Shown here piece by piece: positions 15,991 through 34,392 of a stretch of 64,000 nt of DNA (its first letter is position 1; each line of letters opens with the position of its first letter). The position numbers and the translations under genes were made by a program. The stretch lies in the NCBI RefSeq assembly GCF_009914755.1, contig NC_060938.1; one strand, given 5' to 3'. The stretch comes from the human T2T-CHM13v2.0 reference genome, Homo sapiens. Under the pieces are notes generated by a model. The model was not told the DNA's origin, did not search any database, and saw nothing but the letters and a program-made list of their open reading frames with translations.

Positions 15991-16105
15991 ATCAAGCTGT
16001 GGGACCTGAGGACCACGAAGTGCGTAAGGCAGTACGAAGGCCACGTGAATGAGTACGCCTACCTGCCCCTGCATGTGCACGAGGAAGAAGGAATCCTGGT
16101 GGCAG
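15991..16105 (+). CDS. DCAF4: DCAF4 exon (inferred 13): [22 protein letters not shown]...EEEGILVA
   Basis: WDxR (WDLR, 16000-16011) DCAF signature and WD40 GH dipeptide; AG/GT boundaries. Confidence 0.95.
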
Positions 16106-16668
16106 GTACTTGAGGAAGGAAGGGGAAGTTCCACCCCATCAAATACTGTCTCTCAGGGGCGATCCCAGCAACTTCAGCAGCAGAGGGAAAAGTTACCCCA
16201 AAACAGAACTGAATCAAGGGGAGTGTGGACAGCTGGGTGGGGAGACTAGGAGGGAAGTAGAATTAGATTATATTAGTAATCAGGAGTGTAAATAAATGTC
16301 CACCAGGTGGACAGCCTCATCCCATGTCAGTGGGCAAACGTCACTTCAGAAACAGGCAGGTGGGGAGGTCCTGGGGAGCCTGGGTTTGGAGTTTGAGTGG
16401 ATTTCATCAGGCCAGCATTATTCCACCACGCAACTATCTTATCCAAAAACTTGGGCTCCCTGTTGTCTCTACTCACATTTCCACCAGAGGATGCTGAGAA
16501 AAGAAGTTATGGTCATTGTAAAGATTCTTGGCCCCGGCCCGGCGCGGTGGCTCACGCCCGTAATCCCAACACTTTGGGAGGCCAAGGAGGGTGGATCACG
16601 AGGTCAGGAGATTGAGACCATCCTGGCCAACATGGTGAAACCCCATCTCTACTAAAATACAAAAATTA

Positions 16669-16896
<228 letters not shown>

Positions 16897-18216
16897 CTAT
16901 CTGGCCACTAAGCCCCCTGGAAGGGAGTTACCAGTTGATTACAGATGATGGTGGCTATAGCGTAATCAGACAGTGTGCAGGCTCAATGCTTTCACACTGA
17001 AATAGTAGCTGCTGACACTGCAGAATGTGTTCTCAGTCTTCAAGAATTGTCACCTCTACTGGTATTCCTATAGAAAGGGCTTATACCCCATGGAACATTT
17101 TTGTGGCTAGGAAGCATTACTTTGTTAGGACATTCATAGACTTATTTACTATTCTCATCAACACCAGGACTTCGCCTCCTTTTTAAGTCGATTTTTCACC
17201 TGTTTTTATCACAGAAGAGCTCTTGTGAGCTGGATGATAGAGAGAGCTCAGCCTTGCTGAGAGGCAGATGCAGGTAGTTACCAGCTGCAGTAATAAACTG
17301 CAGCCGGGATTCAGCTTCAGCCAAGATAGCACTTCTGGTCTTAGAGCCACACAAGTGATCAGAATCACAAATGTGAAATCCATGACTGCCCAAGGCCTGT
17401 CCTCTTCTCCTGCTGAAGGTCTCCAGTAGTGTATATCATGTTTCTGGGCTGCTGTAACCCATGCTGTTGTGTGTCACAGTCCTCAGAACTGGAGCCCTGA
17501 AGACTTAAACCGGTCCTAGGAACTGAAGCATTAAACCAGAAAGAGCTGTGGGGAGAGTTGTCAACCTAGCCCATCCCCAGGATGTAATGACTTTGACAGA
17601 TCTTTTACTATAACATGAAAAGATCAGGCCAGGTGTGGTAGCTATAATTCCAGCACTTAGGGAGCTTGAGGCCAGGAGTTTAAGACCAGCTGGGGCAACA
17701 CAGCAAGACCTTATCTCAAAAAAAAAAAAAATTAGGCATGGCGGCACACACTTGTAGTCCCAGTTAACTCAGGAGGCTGAGGCAGAAGGATGGCTTGGGC
17801 CCAGGAGTTCAAGGCTGCAGTGAGCCCTGATCACACCACTGCACTCCAGCCTGGGCGACAGAGCAAGACCCTGTCCCTAAAAAATGGGGGAAATCAGTTG
17901 CATGTCACCTAGACCAGGTGGGCCACACTCGCACTTGAACGTTCCGTGACATCAAGAGCAGCAGAATACCCAGACATTAGCCAGGATGTCTCCGAGCCAT
18001 TCATGGCATCACACAGCCAACCAGGGCATCTTGTCATTGTTCTAGCACAACAGGGCGACTTGGGTTATCCGTAGAAATACTGTCCGTTAATGAGTTTGTG
18101 TTTTGGCTCACATGAAATCACAGCCCTGAGGAATCTTGGGAAGCCATGTCCACATGTAGGTAAGTTTTCCTTTGCATTCTCTCACTAGCCTGCCATGTGT
18201 CTCTCCTCTTTCCTAG

Positions 18217-18410
18217 TGGGCCAGGACTGCTACACGAGAATCTGGAGCCTCCACGATGCCCGCCTACTGAGAACCATACCCTCCCCGTACCCTGCCTCCA
18301 AGGCCGACATTCCCAGTGTGGCCTTCTCGTCGCGGCTGGGGGGCTCCCGGGGCGCGCCGGGGCTGCTCATGGCTGTCGGGCAGGACCTTTACTGTTACTC
18401 CTACAGCTAA
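18217..18410 (+). CDS. DCAF4: DCAF4 last coding exon: [12 protein letters not shown]...DLYCYSYS*
   Basis: tcctAG acceptor, TAA 18408-18410; ORF 18195..18410. Confidence 0.95.
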
Positions 18411-19232
18411 TTCTGCAGGGCACAGCCCAGAGCCATGTGGATTTGACTTACGGGAGTAAAGCGTAACTTTTTACTGCATCTAATGAGGGTGTTTTAAGTG
18501 ACACTCAGTGTACACAGATCCCATCCTCTGGCTGCTAGGAGAGAAGTGCTGAATGTTCCGTGTGGAGATGCTCAGGAAAGTTATTTGAGTTAAATTGCTG
18601 GCTGAGAGAGCTTGGAAGTCCTTTTCATAAAAGGTACCTCTTTCCTTTTCTTATTGAATTCTTAGAACTTAGTTAACCCTCCCTGCCTTTTCTTAACAAA
18701 AAGGACTTTTCTAAGGACTGAAGATTGGCAAAAACGAAAAGCTTCTTCCTCCAAGAGCCCATTGAAGAAGCCCAGTGATGAGACGGTGAGATGGTTTGAG
18801 TCCTCGGTGCCTGGGTAGCAGGAAGAAAGACCTGCATCCTGCATCTGTACTTGGGGAAGCCAGCGGAGAGGACGGGGAGGTTACTTCTCTAAGTTTCTGC
18901 AGAAATATTGAAGGCTGGAGTTTGGAATCCTTAAACTTGGCCTTCTCAAACTCAGCAGCAGATCTCCGGGATTCTGCTGTTATTATCCAAAGGCGTTGGA
19001 AGGAAAGATGGATCTTCTTACATGCTAGAAGTTTTAAACGGTCCTTAACATGCCTTTGTTCAAGCACCTTCCAGAATGTAAGGTTCAGCAGCTCTGGTTT
19101 CTATTACGGTGACTTGAATGTCAGATTCAAGGGCCCGGCGTCAAAGGAAATTGGTTTTGACTTTTTGTAATCTAGGAGCGACAGTTCGTGAGATGTTTAT
19201 TCAGTGTTAAAGAGCCTGTTTTTCTACCAAAC

Positions 19233-19238
19233 AATAAA
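19233..19238 (+). terminator. DCAF4: DCAF4 polyadenylation signal AATAAA
   Basis: First AATAAA I found after the stop, ~820 nt downstream, followed by a GT-rich stretch (ggtgtgac...ttctgtg). Confidence 0.75.
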
Positions 19239-20063
19239 ACCAAGAGAAGAATCATGGTGTGACATGCACTTCTGTGAATGACTTAGGAGATCATGAGCTT
19301 GGGCTGCTGGGACCAGCTTTCATAGCCTTCCTGGAGAGCTTCCCTGGGCCCCTCCAGACCCACTCTGCCCTCATCATCTGTCCATCTCCACCCTGCTCTG
19401 TGCATGCCCAAAAGACTCACCTCTGGACTAGGTCAGGGTTCCCTGGCTCCCAGCAGCTAGGTAGGTTCAGCCAGTGGGAAGCAGCAGTAGAACACAGAGG
19501 GCAAGAGGAGAGGGAGTGGTTCCCCGGCTCCCTTCTGGTTGGGCTGTGGGTGGCTGTAACCAAAACCCACCACTTCTATTGGAAAGCGCTCAGAGAGAGC
19601 CGGGTTCCAGCAACTCTTCATTTGTCCCTTCAGACCTACAGCTGGTCATCACACCTCACTGTTGCTGGCCCAGAATGCCTCACTAGGTAGACTCGCAGTT
19701 ACCCACTTGAATGTTTCCTGCCAGTACCCTGACTAATACAGCATATTCTATAAAGAACCAAATTTTTTTTTTTTTTTGAGATGGTGTTTTATACTTGTTG
19801 CCCAGGCTGGAGTGCAATGGCGCTCTCACCGCACCCTCCACCTCCTGGGTTCTAGTGATTCTCCTGCCTCAGCCTCCCGAGTAGGTTGGATTATAGGCGC
19901 GTGCCACCACGCCTGGCTAATTTTGTATTTTTAGTAGAGATGGGGGTTTCTACATGTTGGTCAGGCTGGCCTCAAACTCCTGACCTCAGGTGATCTGCCC
20001 GCCTCAGCCTCCCAAAGTGCTGGGATTATAGGCCTGAGCCACCGCACCTGGCCCGATTCTTAA

Positions 20064-20363
<300 letters not shown>

Positions 20364-21125
20364 TGAGGGGAAGAGGCCCAGGGACTGCATCTTTCCAGCT
20401 TTTCTTCACATACACAAGCAGATGGTGGCACAGTACTCCCTGATACTAGCTAATAAGCACCTACTGTATGTCAGGCCCCCCCCACCTTTTTTTTTTTTTG
20501 AGACATGGTCTCACTCTGTCGCCCAAGCTGGAGTGCATGAGTTGCAGTAGCACAATTACTACTCACTGCAGTCTTGACCTCCTTGGGCTTGAGCAATCCT
20601 CCCACCTCAGTCTTCTGAGCAGTTGGGCCCACAGGTGTGCACCACCACACTCAGTTAATTTTTTATTTTTTGTAGAGATGGCGTCTCCCTATGTTTCCCA
20701 GGCTGGTCTTGAACTCCTAGGCTCAAGTGATCCTCTGGCCTCAGCCTCCCAAAGTGCTGGCATTACAGACACGAGCCATTTGTAAGACACTTCTCACCCT
20801 CACACTAACCCCACGGCACAGTTTGGGAAACAAGTTTGTTGAGTTAAAGTGGTTTGGCAAGAAGGGCTGAGCTGGGATTAAGATTCCGCTCTTCCCAACT
20901 CTGAAGCCCCTGTTCCCCTCACTGCTGTGTCCTGCTCATTTTCCAGGCCCAGGTTAACAACAATGGGAAAGAGTTGAGAGATACTTTTCTAACAGGGTAA
21001 ACCCTCCTCCCAGCCCAACTCCACCATCCTGGGCCACTCCTCTACTCACATGATCCTTTGTACCATTTGGTCCAATTGATCTTGATCTCATCCATTTTTT
21101 CCACATGGGTCAGAGACAAGGGTGA

Positions 21126-21599
<474 letters not shown>

Positions 21600-22091
21600 T
21601 AACAGCATCTCTTCCCTTCATAGCCCTCAACCTGAATTTCTAAGACAGATGTTTAGGTGAACTCTCAATGTTATTTTACATTAAAAAAATTTGTGTCTCC
21701 AAGTGTGCCGTTTCTTCCCTGAGACTGGAGGAAGGAGCCAGCTGTACTCTCAGCTTCTCTTACCCTGGAGAGGAGGTGAGACGAGAAAGGGCTTCTCAGG
21801 CCTATGCCCTTGCACTCGGAGAGGCTTCACTTCTACCCTGCCAGTGGGATAAGAAGGAGCCACACTATTCATCCTCAATAAAACACTTCCCCAGCTATCA
21901 GCAGGACCCCAGGATCAGAGCTGGCTACTGTTTCCATCAAGAACAGAGCAAAGGCCAAGCTCCGTGGTTTATGCGTGTAATCCCAGCACTTTGGGAGGCC
22001 GAAGTGATGCTGAGACGGGAGGATTGCTTGAGCTTAGGCAGTTGGATCACTTGAAACCAGCCCGGGCAACATGCCAAAACCCTGTCTTTAC

Positions 22092-22094
<3 letters not shown>

Positions 22095-22128
<34 letters not shown>

Positions 22129-22146
22129 GCATGCACACTCTCTCTC
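22095..22146. repeat. (AC)n/(CT)n microsatellite at the junction of two opposed Alus
   Basis: Read directly. Confidence 0.9.
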
Positions 22147-22587
22147 TTAGCCCAGGCTGGAGTACAGTGGTGTGATCTCAGCTCACTGCAACCTCCGCCT
22201 CTCAGGGTTCAAGCAATTCTCCTGCCTCAGCCTCCCTAGTAGCTGGGATTACAGGCGCCTGCCACCACGCCCAGCTAATTTTTTTTGTATTTTTAGCAAA
22301 GACGGGATTTCGCCATGTTGGTCAGGCTGGTCTCAAACTCCTGACCTCACCTTGGCCTCCCAAAGTGCTGGGATTACAGGCGTGAGCCACTGCGCCCAAC
22401 CCAGGATGTCATTTTTCAAGTGTTCCCTTTCAGTTTATTGGTGGCCAAGGGAAAAGCCAAAGCAGATGATGGATAATTAAGAAGGTGGGGCTTTAGGACA
22501 CAAAGCTTGCCAGAACTCTAGTGTGGGTGGAACTTGATTGTATTGAGTCACCATAAGTGGACAAGGAAGGAGTTCCTGATAGGTGAA

Positions 22588-22659
22588 GGGGGTATAGCTC
22601 AGGGGTAGAGCATTTGACTGCAGATCAAGAGGTCCCCGGTTCAAATCCGGGTGCCCCCT
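22588..22659 (+). tRNA. tRNA-Cys (anticodon GCA)
   Basis: 72-nt cloverleaf GGGGGTATAGCTCAGGGGTAGAGC...GGTTCAAATCCGGGTGCCCCCT; anticodon GCA 22620-22622; A and B boxes intact; U discriminator; TTTT Pol III terminator 22669-22672. Confidence 0.97.
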
Positions 22660-22993
22660 TCCCAGATGTTTTCTCATTTAAAAGTAAATACTGTCAGCCA
22701 CAGCGTCACCAGAAAAGATAGAGGGATTTTCAGCTTGCTCTTGTGCTAAAATTGCTCCTCCCACATTCCAGCTGACCATTAGGACAGAAAGCCCCCATTT
22801 AGGACCTCCGCTGCCTTCCATTAAGACCAAGTACCTGAGGAGATTCTAAATCTATGAGTAAGTCTGAGAGCTGTGAACACAATTTGGCCATCGGGTGTGT
22901 GTCAGAGTATATATAAAAATGTTCCTTCAACATATACTTTTGAAAAGCTCCCTTGAATTAAAACATGAAAGAAGGGCCAGGCACAGTGGCTCA

Positions 22994-23363
<370 letters not shown>

Positions 23364-24410
23364 TCACCCTTTCCCCTAGTTTCTTGTCATCAACTGTAAT
23401 TAGGGTGATCCGGTGTTCAGCACCAAGGGTCTTCAGCCACATAGGCAGGCTCATCACAGCTGGGGGCAGCACACAAGGATGGGCCCAGCGCTTGTCTAGG
23501 ACTTTGGCAGCTCCTCAAATTCCATGTGCTAGGCCATCATGGATGAGGGCAGCCTTTGGGACCTTTATAAAGCAGTATTAAGGTCCATGACACCTCCAGC
23601 AGTGATGCCTTCCTGGGCCATGGCGGTGGGTTAGGGGGGAAGCTGATTCTTGAACACACCTGAGCCTCTGCCTCCGTGACTCAGTGGCGGGGGGGAAAGA
23701 GCAGCAGTTTGTTCTTGGTTAACACTCACTGCACCTAAAATGTGGTCTAGGTTGCATGAAAAGGGGTTAAACTTGGCCAAGAAGTTGATTAAGCATTTTG
23801 GCCAGTTTGCTTGTTACCACTGATGTCATAAAAATTAATATGTTACAATCTCTGAGCATTTTTCTTTTTTTTTTTTTTAGACAAGGTTTCACTCTGTCGC
23901 CCAGGTGTGATCTTGGCTCACTGCAGCCTTGACCCCCCCAGGCTCAAGCAATTCTCCCACCTCAGCCTCCTGAGTAGCTGAGATTACAGGCGTGTGCCAC
24001 CACATCAGTCTGATTTTTGAGGTTTTGGGGTTTCTTTTTTTTGTAGAGACAGGATTTTGCCATGTTGCTCAGGCTGGTCTAGAACTCCTGGCCTCAAAGG
24101 GATGCCTTGGCATCCCAAAGCACTGGGATTACAAGTGTGAGCCACCGTGCCTGGCCTTGAAGGATTTTCCATTTTGCCCTACTCCCCAGGTGACAATGAA
24201 AGGTAGCAAATGAGCAGGTGATTGTGACGGCAGCACTGAGCTGTGATAGACCCCTTGCTGACTAGCTCAGTGTTTGCTTACTTATAGCCTTCTAGAGACA
24301 ACAATGAATGGCACACACTGGTTATCAAAAATGTCCACAAATACTGGCCGGGTGCAGTGGCTCACGCCTGTAATCCCAACACTTTGGGATCACTTGAGGT
24401 TGGGAGTTCA

Positions 24411-24644
<234 letters not shown>

Positions 24645-25746
24645 TCATGTCCCATGTTGCTGTGGACACCCGAGAATCCAACTGGCCCAACATGGTTTGG
24701 AGGGCACTGCCAGCCTCCTGGGTGTCCCCAGAAAGGTTCCTCACAGCAGGCATCCTTCATCGAACACTGAATCAGCCCCTCTCTATTGCCTGTCAACCCT
24801 AGATCTGTCCTGGTCTAAATCTTCCAACCATCTCCAAAAACAATTTCAGGCTAAACTCCATTTCTTCTTGATTTCTCCATTTGTACGTGTTGCTAAAAGG
24901 CTCTGGTCCTACTCTAAGTCTGTCCTCTCCAGTCCATCCACTGTACTGCCACAGGAATGATCTTTCTAGATCTTTGCTTTTGATGGCTTCCTGTGACTCA
25001 GATAGAGTGTGTGGCCTTTTGTGATCTGACCTCATATGCCTCTCCATCCTCTTGCGCCATCTCTGCCTCACACCTGGTGCTCTCGGGACACCACATTTCA
25101 AGCCTGTCCCCCACACATCTGGGCCTCTGCTCAAGCTGCCCAACTCCTTTTCATCCAGAAAAGTCCAACTTTTAAGGCTCAGCGTAAAAGACACCTCAGG
25201 AAGTTTCGTTTCCCCAGCATTTGATGCAACTAGACACTTGTTATGATAGATGAACAATTTTTTGTTTTGCCAGCATGATTTTGCTTTCATTACTACAACC
25301 CTAGAAAGTAAATTTCCACACTTTACAGAAGAAAAAACTGAATCTCAGGAGAGTGATTTGCCCAAGGTCTTCTGCTGATAAGTGTAGCAGAGCCAGCTGA
25401 GGCTCCTACTGAAGTTCAAGACTCTTATTAGGCCCCTTGTGTTGGGGAGAATGGGCTTCTTACTGTTCCTCTGGACATTTAAGATCTTCTTGGGTTCAGT
25501 TCAACAGTTTCCCCTTTTCTTCCTCTTTCCTTAAGACTCACTGCCTCTGCCTCCCACAGTACCTTCTGGCCTGGGCCTGGCTATCGTATCTTTGCTCAGG
25601 TCTCCCTGCTTGCTCCTACTACCTGCCTGCCTGCTTGCACTCTTGGCTTCGCGTGAATAAAGGCAGCTGCTGCAATACCAAAAAGGATATTCTCTGTAGA
25701 CACCATAATCTGAGCAAAGGCACGCAGACACAAATGCTCCTGGTAG

Positions 25747-26046
<300 letters not shown>

Positions 26047-27529
26047 TAAGGTGGCTGTTGAAAACGTGGCAGTGGTTAAGTCCCTCAGTACAGCATCATG
26101 TACTGGAGGACTGCATGGCTCGCTGTCTACAAATGGTAGTTTCAAAGATGGCTCTGTTCACATGAGCCTGTCACTAAATTACAGATTATCTAATCCCAGA
26201 AAACCCCATACCCTATGGGCTTTAGTGTTCACGAGTATGTGACGATTTCCAAAGTACATTAAAAAAAAAATTATACCAGGTGCAATTTAAGATTTAGGAG
26301 TTAAAATGTGCTCAGATTTTGTACAGTAACTAAAACATCCTATTCATGATGAGAAGAATTACAGACTACGATTGTGGGTTCCACTGTCTCTCCCTAATCA
26401 TGGTAAGTCTGAAATGGAAAATGCAAACATAGCTGCAAAATTAACATTGAATCAATTTTTTTTAACAATTGGAAGCTGGCCAGGAACAATGGCTCACACC
26501 TGTACCCCCTGCACTTTGGGAGGCCAAGGCAGCAGATTGCTTGAGCCAAGAGTTCAAGACCAGCCTGGGCAACACGGCAAAACCCCATCTCTATAAAATT
26601 CAAAAAAAAAAAAAAAATTGGAAGCTTAGCTCATGTTATAGGCTAGATCAACTTGTTTAATCTCTCAGCCAGTGAGTCTTTTTAGTGAAAAATAAAGCTG
26701 CTTTTAGTGAAAAAGTGTGATTGCCCTCAGCCATGAGAATCTTCAAGGCCAATGGAAATGATCAAAGCTAAGCTTGCTGACCACACTAGCAGTCACCTTG
26801 ATTCTTACCTTTCCTCCTAAGAAGATATTGACCTTACCTGGAAATGCAAAAGAATTAACAAGCTGTGAAGGGGAAGGAAAACAGGGGGAGAAACTCTACA
26901 GTGCGATGGTGATAGAAGGGGTCTGGGGCTGCCTGGACTCAGGCCAGCTTGGAGTGTGCCGGGCAATGCTGGGCTTCTGATCCTCTAGGAGCCAGTGTCT
27001 TAGGCTGTAAGACAAGAACCCTACTGCGGACCTTCCAGTGTGGTTGTGACAATTAACCATGTAAAGCTCCTAGCATAGTGCAAGGCACGTTAACAGGCAC
27101 CTAAATATTGGTTCTCTTTGCTTTTCCAGTTCCCAAATAAATCAGCAGTTAAACCCAAGGGATGTGTAAGGATCCCACTTGGTCTCATTGATCACAGACC
27201 GCGTCATTCTCAGCCACAAGTTGCAATCTCCAGTCACAGCCCTCAGGGATATGTTCAACAACTGTCTCTACCTATGAGCAAGCCTTTTAAACCAGAAAGT
27301 GATTAAAACCCTTTCCATGGCTCCCCCTGAAAAGGAGAGGGGACGAAAATCTGTTACTACATGTCGGATAGTGGTTACTCCTGGTGGGGGGAGGGACCAG
27401 GAGTTCTTGCAGGACAGCCATGTTCTGTTTCTTAATCTGGGTGCTGATTGGTTACGTAGTATTCAGTTTGAGAAAATCAAGCTGAAGTATAGATGTATAA
27501 TAGTTCAATAGGTTTGTTTTTGTTGTTGA

Positions 27530-27781
<252 letters not shown>

Positions 27782-28117
27782 TAGCCAGGACTACGTATTT
27801 TAAACCTAGGGAGTGAAAATCAGGACTAATACCCCATCTCTTCTACTGTGCGAGAGGATTCCTCAACAGACCCTGACCCGACAGCTGCCAGAGTGTAACC
27901 CAGAGAACCCAAGCTGTGAAACCGCCACCGCTGAGCCTTGCTCAGCCAATGCCACGGCTGCAGAAAGGGGGTCTGCCGGGTGACCCCGGCTGCAGAAAGG
28001 TCTGAGGAACACCTCTAAGTACAGGATAAGTGGTAAGAATGTGGGGGCCCTCTAGTCACTAGAGAGAATTCCATGACTGTCAGCTATTGCCTTCCCTACA
28101 TAAAGGAATATTCATGA

Positions 28118-28479
<362 letters not shown>

Positions 28480-28557
28480 TAGCCAGGATGGTCTTGATCT
28501 CCTGACCTCATGATCTTCCCGCCTTGGCCTCCCAAAGTACTGGGATTACAGGCGTGA

Positions 28558-28755
<198 letters not shown>

Positions 28756-29272
28756 TAGTAGAGACGGGGTTTCTACATGTTGGTCAGGCTGGTCTCGAAC
28801 TCCCAACCTAAAGTGATCCCCCTCCGGCCTTGGCCTCCCAAAGTGCTGAGATTACAGGCATGAGCCACCACGCCCAGCCGGCTATGGTTTTGAAAAAGTT
28901 CTTATTTGTCAGAGTAAAAGACTGCAGTATTTGCAGGTAAAATATTACCGCCCTTGAAACATGCCCCTTACTTGGCCTCTGCTTGGAAAGCCACCATCAG
29001 CTGGAGACAGATGGTGGCTGGAAGGCACTGATGGAATGAGAGGAAAGAGCCAGCACAGTCGAGATGCAGGAAGATTCCTTTATGATGGCGAATTGGATGG
29101 TACACAGTTCTAGAGTAGGGTCCCAGTCACTGGACCCCAGGAGGCAGGAGGAGCAGGGCTGAGAGGGACGACACACTCCAGGGCTCATGTCACACCGATA
29201 GGCGCACCAGGAATGACCGCCATATACTTCCCTAAAGCTCAACCCACCCACCAGTTCAGTTAAGAATTATAC

Positions 29273-29278
29273 TTTAAT
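29273..29278 (-). terminator. ZFYVE1: Candidate ZFYVE1 polyadenylation signal ATTAAA
   Basis: tttaat on the plus strand ~1.2 kb past the ZFYVE1 stop, with a GT-rich downstream region on the minus strand. Confidence 0.55.
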
Positions 29279-30495
29279 TCGTGTTTGGCCACTGAAGATC
29301 AAATCCACCATGATGATAGGATTTCAGCACAACGGGCCCTTTCCAGTCATGACAGACAGAGATGTCCAGGCTCTTGAGGAGAAACAAAAGTTCCTTTGAC
29401 TTCTCTTGCAAGGACCAAAGAGATAAATTTTTTCTTTACGATCTGTTGAAATATTTATATAGACTTTTAAAAACAACTAACAGTTCATCCTGTGCTCAGT
29501 TTCCCTGGAAGGTTTCTCATGATCGCCCCTCCGAGAGCTAGAGGGGTTGTGTGTCTGGGAACAAAGGATTAAGACACTTTAAAATAAGCAATGAAAATCC
29601 TAGTGCGACACTCAGAAGCAGATGGTGGGCTTGAGGGGGCCGAGGGGTGGGAGGCAGATGCTTCGATTGAGGAGCTGGGTGCCGCCTTTTGGGAAAGCCG
29701 AGTGGAGACACAAGCATCGGGACAGGAAGCCCTGCTGGAGAAGGCTCAGTTCCTTCCTTGCTGTTCCCTGGGGGACCAGGGACAGCACGGCCCCTGCATT
29801 TCTACTTCTCAGGGCCGAAGACCCGACCTCTGACCCTCCACCCACTCCGGTGACCTGCACGCTAAGTTGGGTGGTCTCTGACTAAAACAGGCTTAAGCCA
29901 AGAATTGGGACTCGACTCCCAGGAGACCTAGGGAGAATTCCCTTCAGGCTGTTTCAGGCAGGAAGGACCAGGGAGGCTCACTCCCCAGGCAGCTGACAGG
30001 CATGGAGGGAAGAGCCAAGGACAGGAGAGGCTTCCAAGGCTCCAAGAGCAGCAGAGGAAGGGGCCAGCCACGTGGTGGCCATGGACCTGGCTCGGCTCAT
30101 GAGGAAGACGTGCTGCCACTGCCACCTCACCCTGTGCGGAGGAGACTGTGCGAAGTCTTCACAGCCAGCAGCAGCCTCGATACGCCCCGAGTGCCTTTCA
30201 TATGTATATATGAGAGAGAGATATACACATATATATTCATTATTTTTAACTGAAATAAATGCAACGGATTCAGGTTCATTCCCCTTTGCGATAAGTTGCA
30301 AGGTCCCCTGCCCTGAGGGGTCCACACCTTCGGGCCTGCCGCCAGGCTCACCCCCACTGAGGGAAAGTGGCCCTGGATGCGGAGAGGAGAGGACACACAC
30401 CACAGCAGGTGACTGGGAGGAGGGCCTACCTCGCAAGACTGTTTCTAACCCTGAGAACCTAAGGAATTGTGAAGGACTCGGAGAGGGGGCTGGGG

Positions 30496-30728
30496 TTAAA
30501 GGTCACCGGGCTTTTTATTGCAGTTGAAGCAGACTCGGACGGGATGGTCCCAGCCACGAGAAGGAACAGCCCGGCGGTCATGGGAGCACTCATCACAGAA
30601 GCCCTGTCCGCAGGCCCGGCAGTGGTGCTTGGAGAGCTTGATGCTGAACTCCTTCCGGCAGTTGTGGCAGTGGAGGATTTCGTGGTCAGGCACCCAGTAC
30701 GCAGGCCTGGCCGCGTCCTTTACCAGAC
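30496..30728 (-). CDS. ZFYVE1: ZFYVE1 last coding exon: second FYVE finger, ...WVPD...SKHHCRACG...RVCFNCNKKPGDL*
   Basis: ORF 30496..30744; acceptor ccttAG; 8-Cys FYVE pattern. Confidence 0.96.
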
Positions 30729-30846
30729 CTAAGGCAGGGAACAATGGTCAGGGCACCCAAAGCCCAATACCCCGAGGCCCAACTAGCAAGAGGCCATCCT
30801 CGGATGCTTACTGGCTTATAATCCCAACTGCACACAGAATTGCTGA

Positions 30847-31230
<384 letters not shown>

Positions 31231-31538
31231 TAGGCATGAGCCACCACGCCCTTTCTTTCTCTTTTGTGACAGGGTCTCACTCTGTTGCCCAGGCTGGTCT
31301 CAAATTACTGGGACTCAAGGGAGCCTCCTGCCTGAGTCTCCCAAGTAGCTAGGATTATAGGCATGCACCCCCACACCCAGCTCCTTGATCTTTATGTATC
31401 TATGAAGCCCTCCTTGTAAACTGAAGGGGCAGCCGTGTTAAGAACCCCTGGAGGAAATATAAAGAAGTCTGGGCTCTGGAGTCAGACACTCAAATCCCAA
31501 TTCTACTGAGATCAGGTTAATCAGCAGCTGCTGGATTA

Positions 31539-31817
<279 letters not shown>

Positions 31818-32121
31818 TCAGTCTCAAAAAAAAAAGAAAGGTTAGCTAACCTCTCAGGGGCTTACTCATCTTTAACAACCCACCTTCAAGAGCTGTGATG
31901 AGGATGAGAAGAAAGAACATGCCTGACACACTGGCCTGGTACTCAACACCCTGTGGGCGCTCAGAATGGGAGCACTTGGTGAGCACAGCCAGCAGGCTAT
32001 GCTCTGCCTTCTGTGCCAAGGACAGTTCTTGCCTCTCCCAGGTACCCCTGGGGACAGATGCAACCTGAGATTTAAGCTTGGGCAAATCCAGCAATTCCTA
32101 CATCATCTACTCACTTTGTGA

Positions 32122-32555
<434 letters not shown>

Positions 32556-32644
32556 TGATCCACCTGCCTTGGCCTCCCAAAGTGCTGGTATTATAGGCGT
32601 GAGCCACGGTGCCCGGCCAGCTATTTTAAATCTTAAACTACTAA

Positions 32645-33490
<846 letters not shown>

Positions 33491-33693
33491 CTGTAAGAGA
33501 ATGGCTTCCAGCAATAAACATGAAACTACTAAGGCATTCAGCAGAAGCAAGCAAATGTGTGGCATTGTGTAATTGATTCCTTTACCACCCATCTCAATCT
33601 AGGTTGGCAAGCCTTTACAAAGTGACAGCCCAGGGCACCTGAAACCCCTCAACCCGCATCCACTACCCCCAAGAGAAGCACTGCCAGGCCCAC

Positions 33694-33807
33694 CTAGTGG
33701 TATGTCAATGGCTGTCACCACGGCTCCCAGAGTGTTCTGCACGGCCTCGCCCACCTTCCGAGCAATGAGCGTTCCACCTTCATCGTCCACTTGTGCCTCG
33801 GTAACAG
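33694..33807 (-). CDS. ZFYVE1: ZFYVE1 exon: inter-FYVE linker (A)VTEAQVDDEGG...AIDIPL
   Basis: ctacAG / GTGGGC boundaries; 114 nt, phase 1-1. Confidence 0.94.
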
Positions 33808-34392
33808 CTGTAGACAGTAATAAAGGAAATGCTGTCACCTCTAAGTCCTCTCCCAAATGGAAAACTCAGGGACCAATAGCAGAACGCTTCTGGATTCTGA
33901 TCCCAGACACCACTGTGCTGTCCTGCAACTACTGCAAGGGTCTGTGCTGTGGGTCAGGTCAGCCCAGACTCTGAAATTAGATGACATCTGTTAGTCCTTT
34001 AGCTGCAACCTTCTGGGGCTCCTTTATAACCCTTCTTTTAAAGTAAGGCAGAAAGGTTCTAGGAGCGAAAACTAGAACCTTCTCAAAGGAGAAGACTGGT
34101 CTAAGCCATCTCTGGTAAACACTGCAGCCTTTTCAGAATTCAGTTGCTATGTGCGCATTCCCTTCCCCCAGAAGCAACTCTGCAGCTAAGAATGCAGGAC
34201 AGGTTCGAGCCCCTGAGGAACAGCACCCATAGGACGCTGTTAACAAGGAGCTTAGAGGCTGACTGGCCAAGACCAGAAGTACTCTCACAAGGGAGATGTG
34301 GATTAGGGCATCTGGATATCCAGTTCTTAGCACCCAGGGCCAATGTGGGAGGTTCTCCCCTCCACCCCTGCAGCTCCCAGGTCCCACGTTAC

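Noticed and set aside
22477-22677. 66-aa minus-strand ORF over the tRNA
   Set aside because: Shadow ORF of the tRNA gene's reverse complement
30199-30245. TGTATATA Pumilio-like element in the ZFYVE1 3'UTR
   Set aside because: It is on the plus strand, antisense to ZFYVE1, and part of a low-complexity TA/GA stretch
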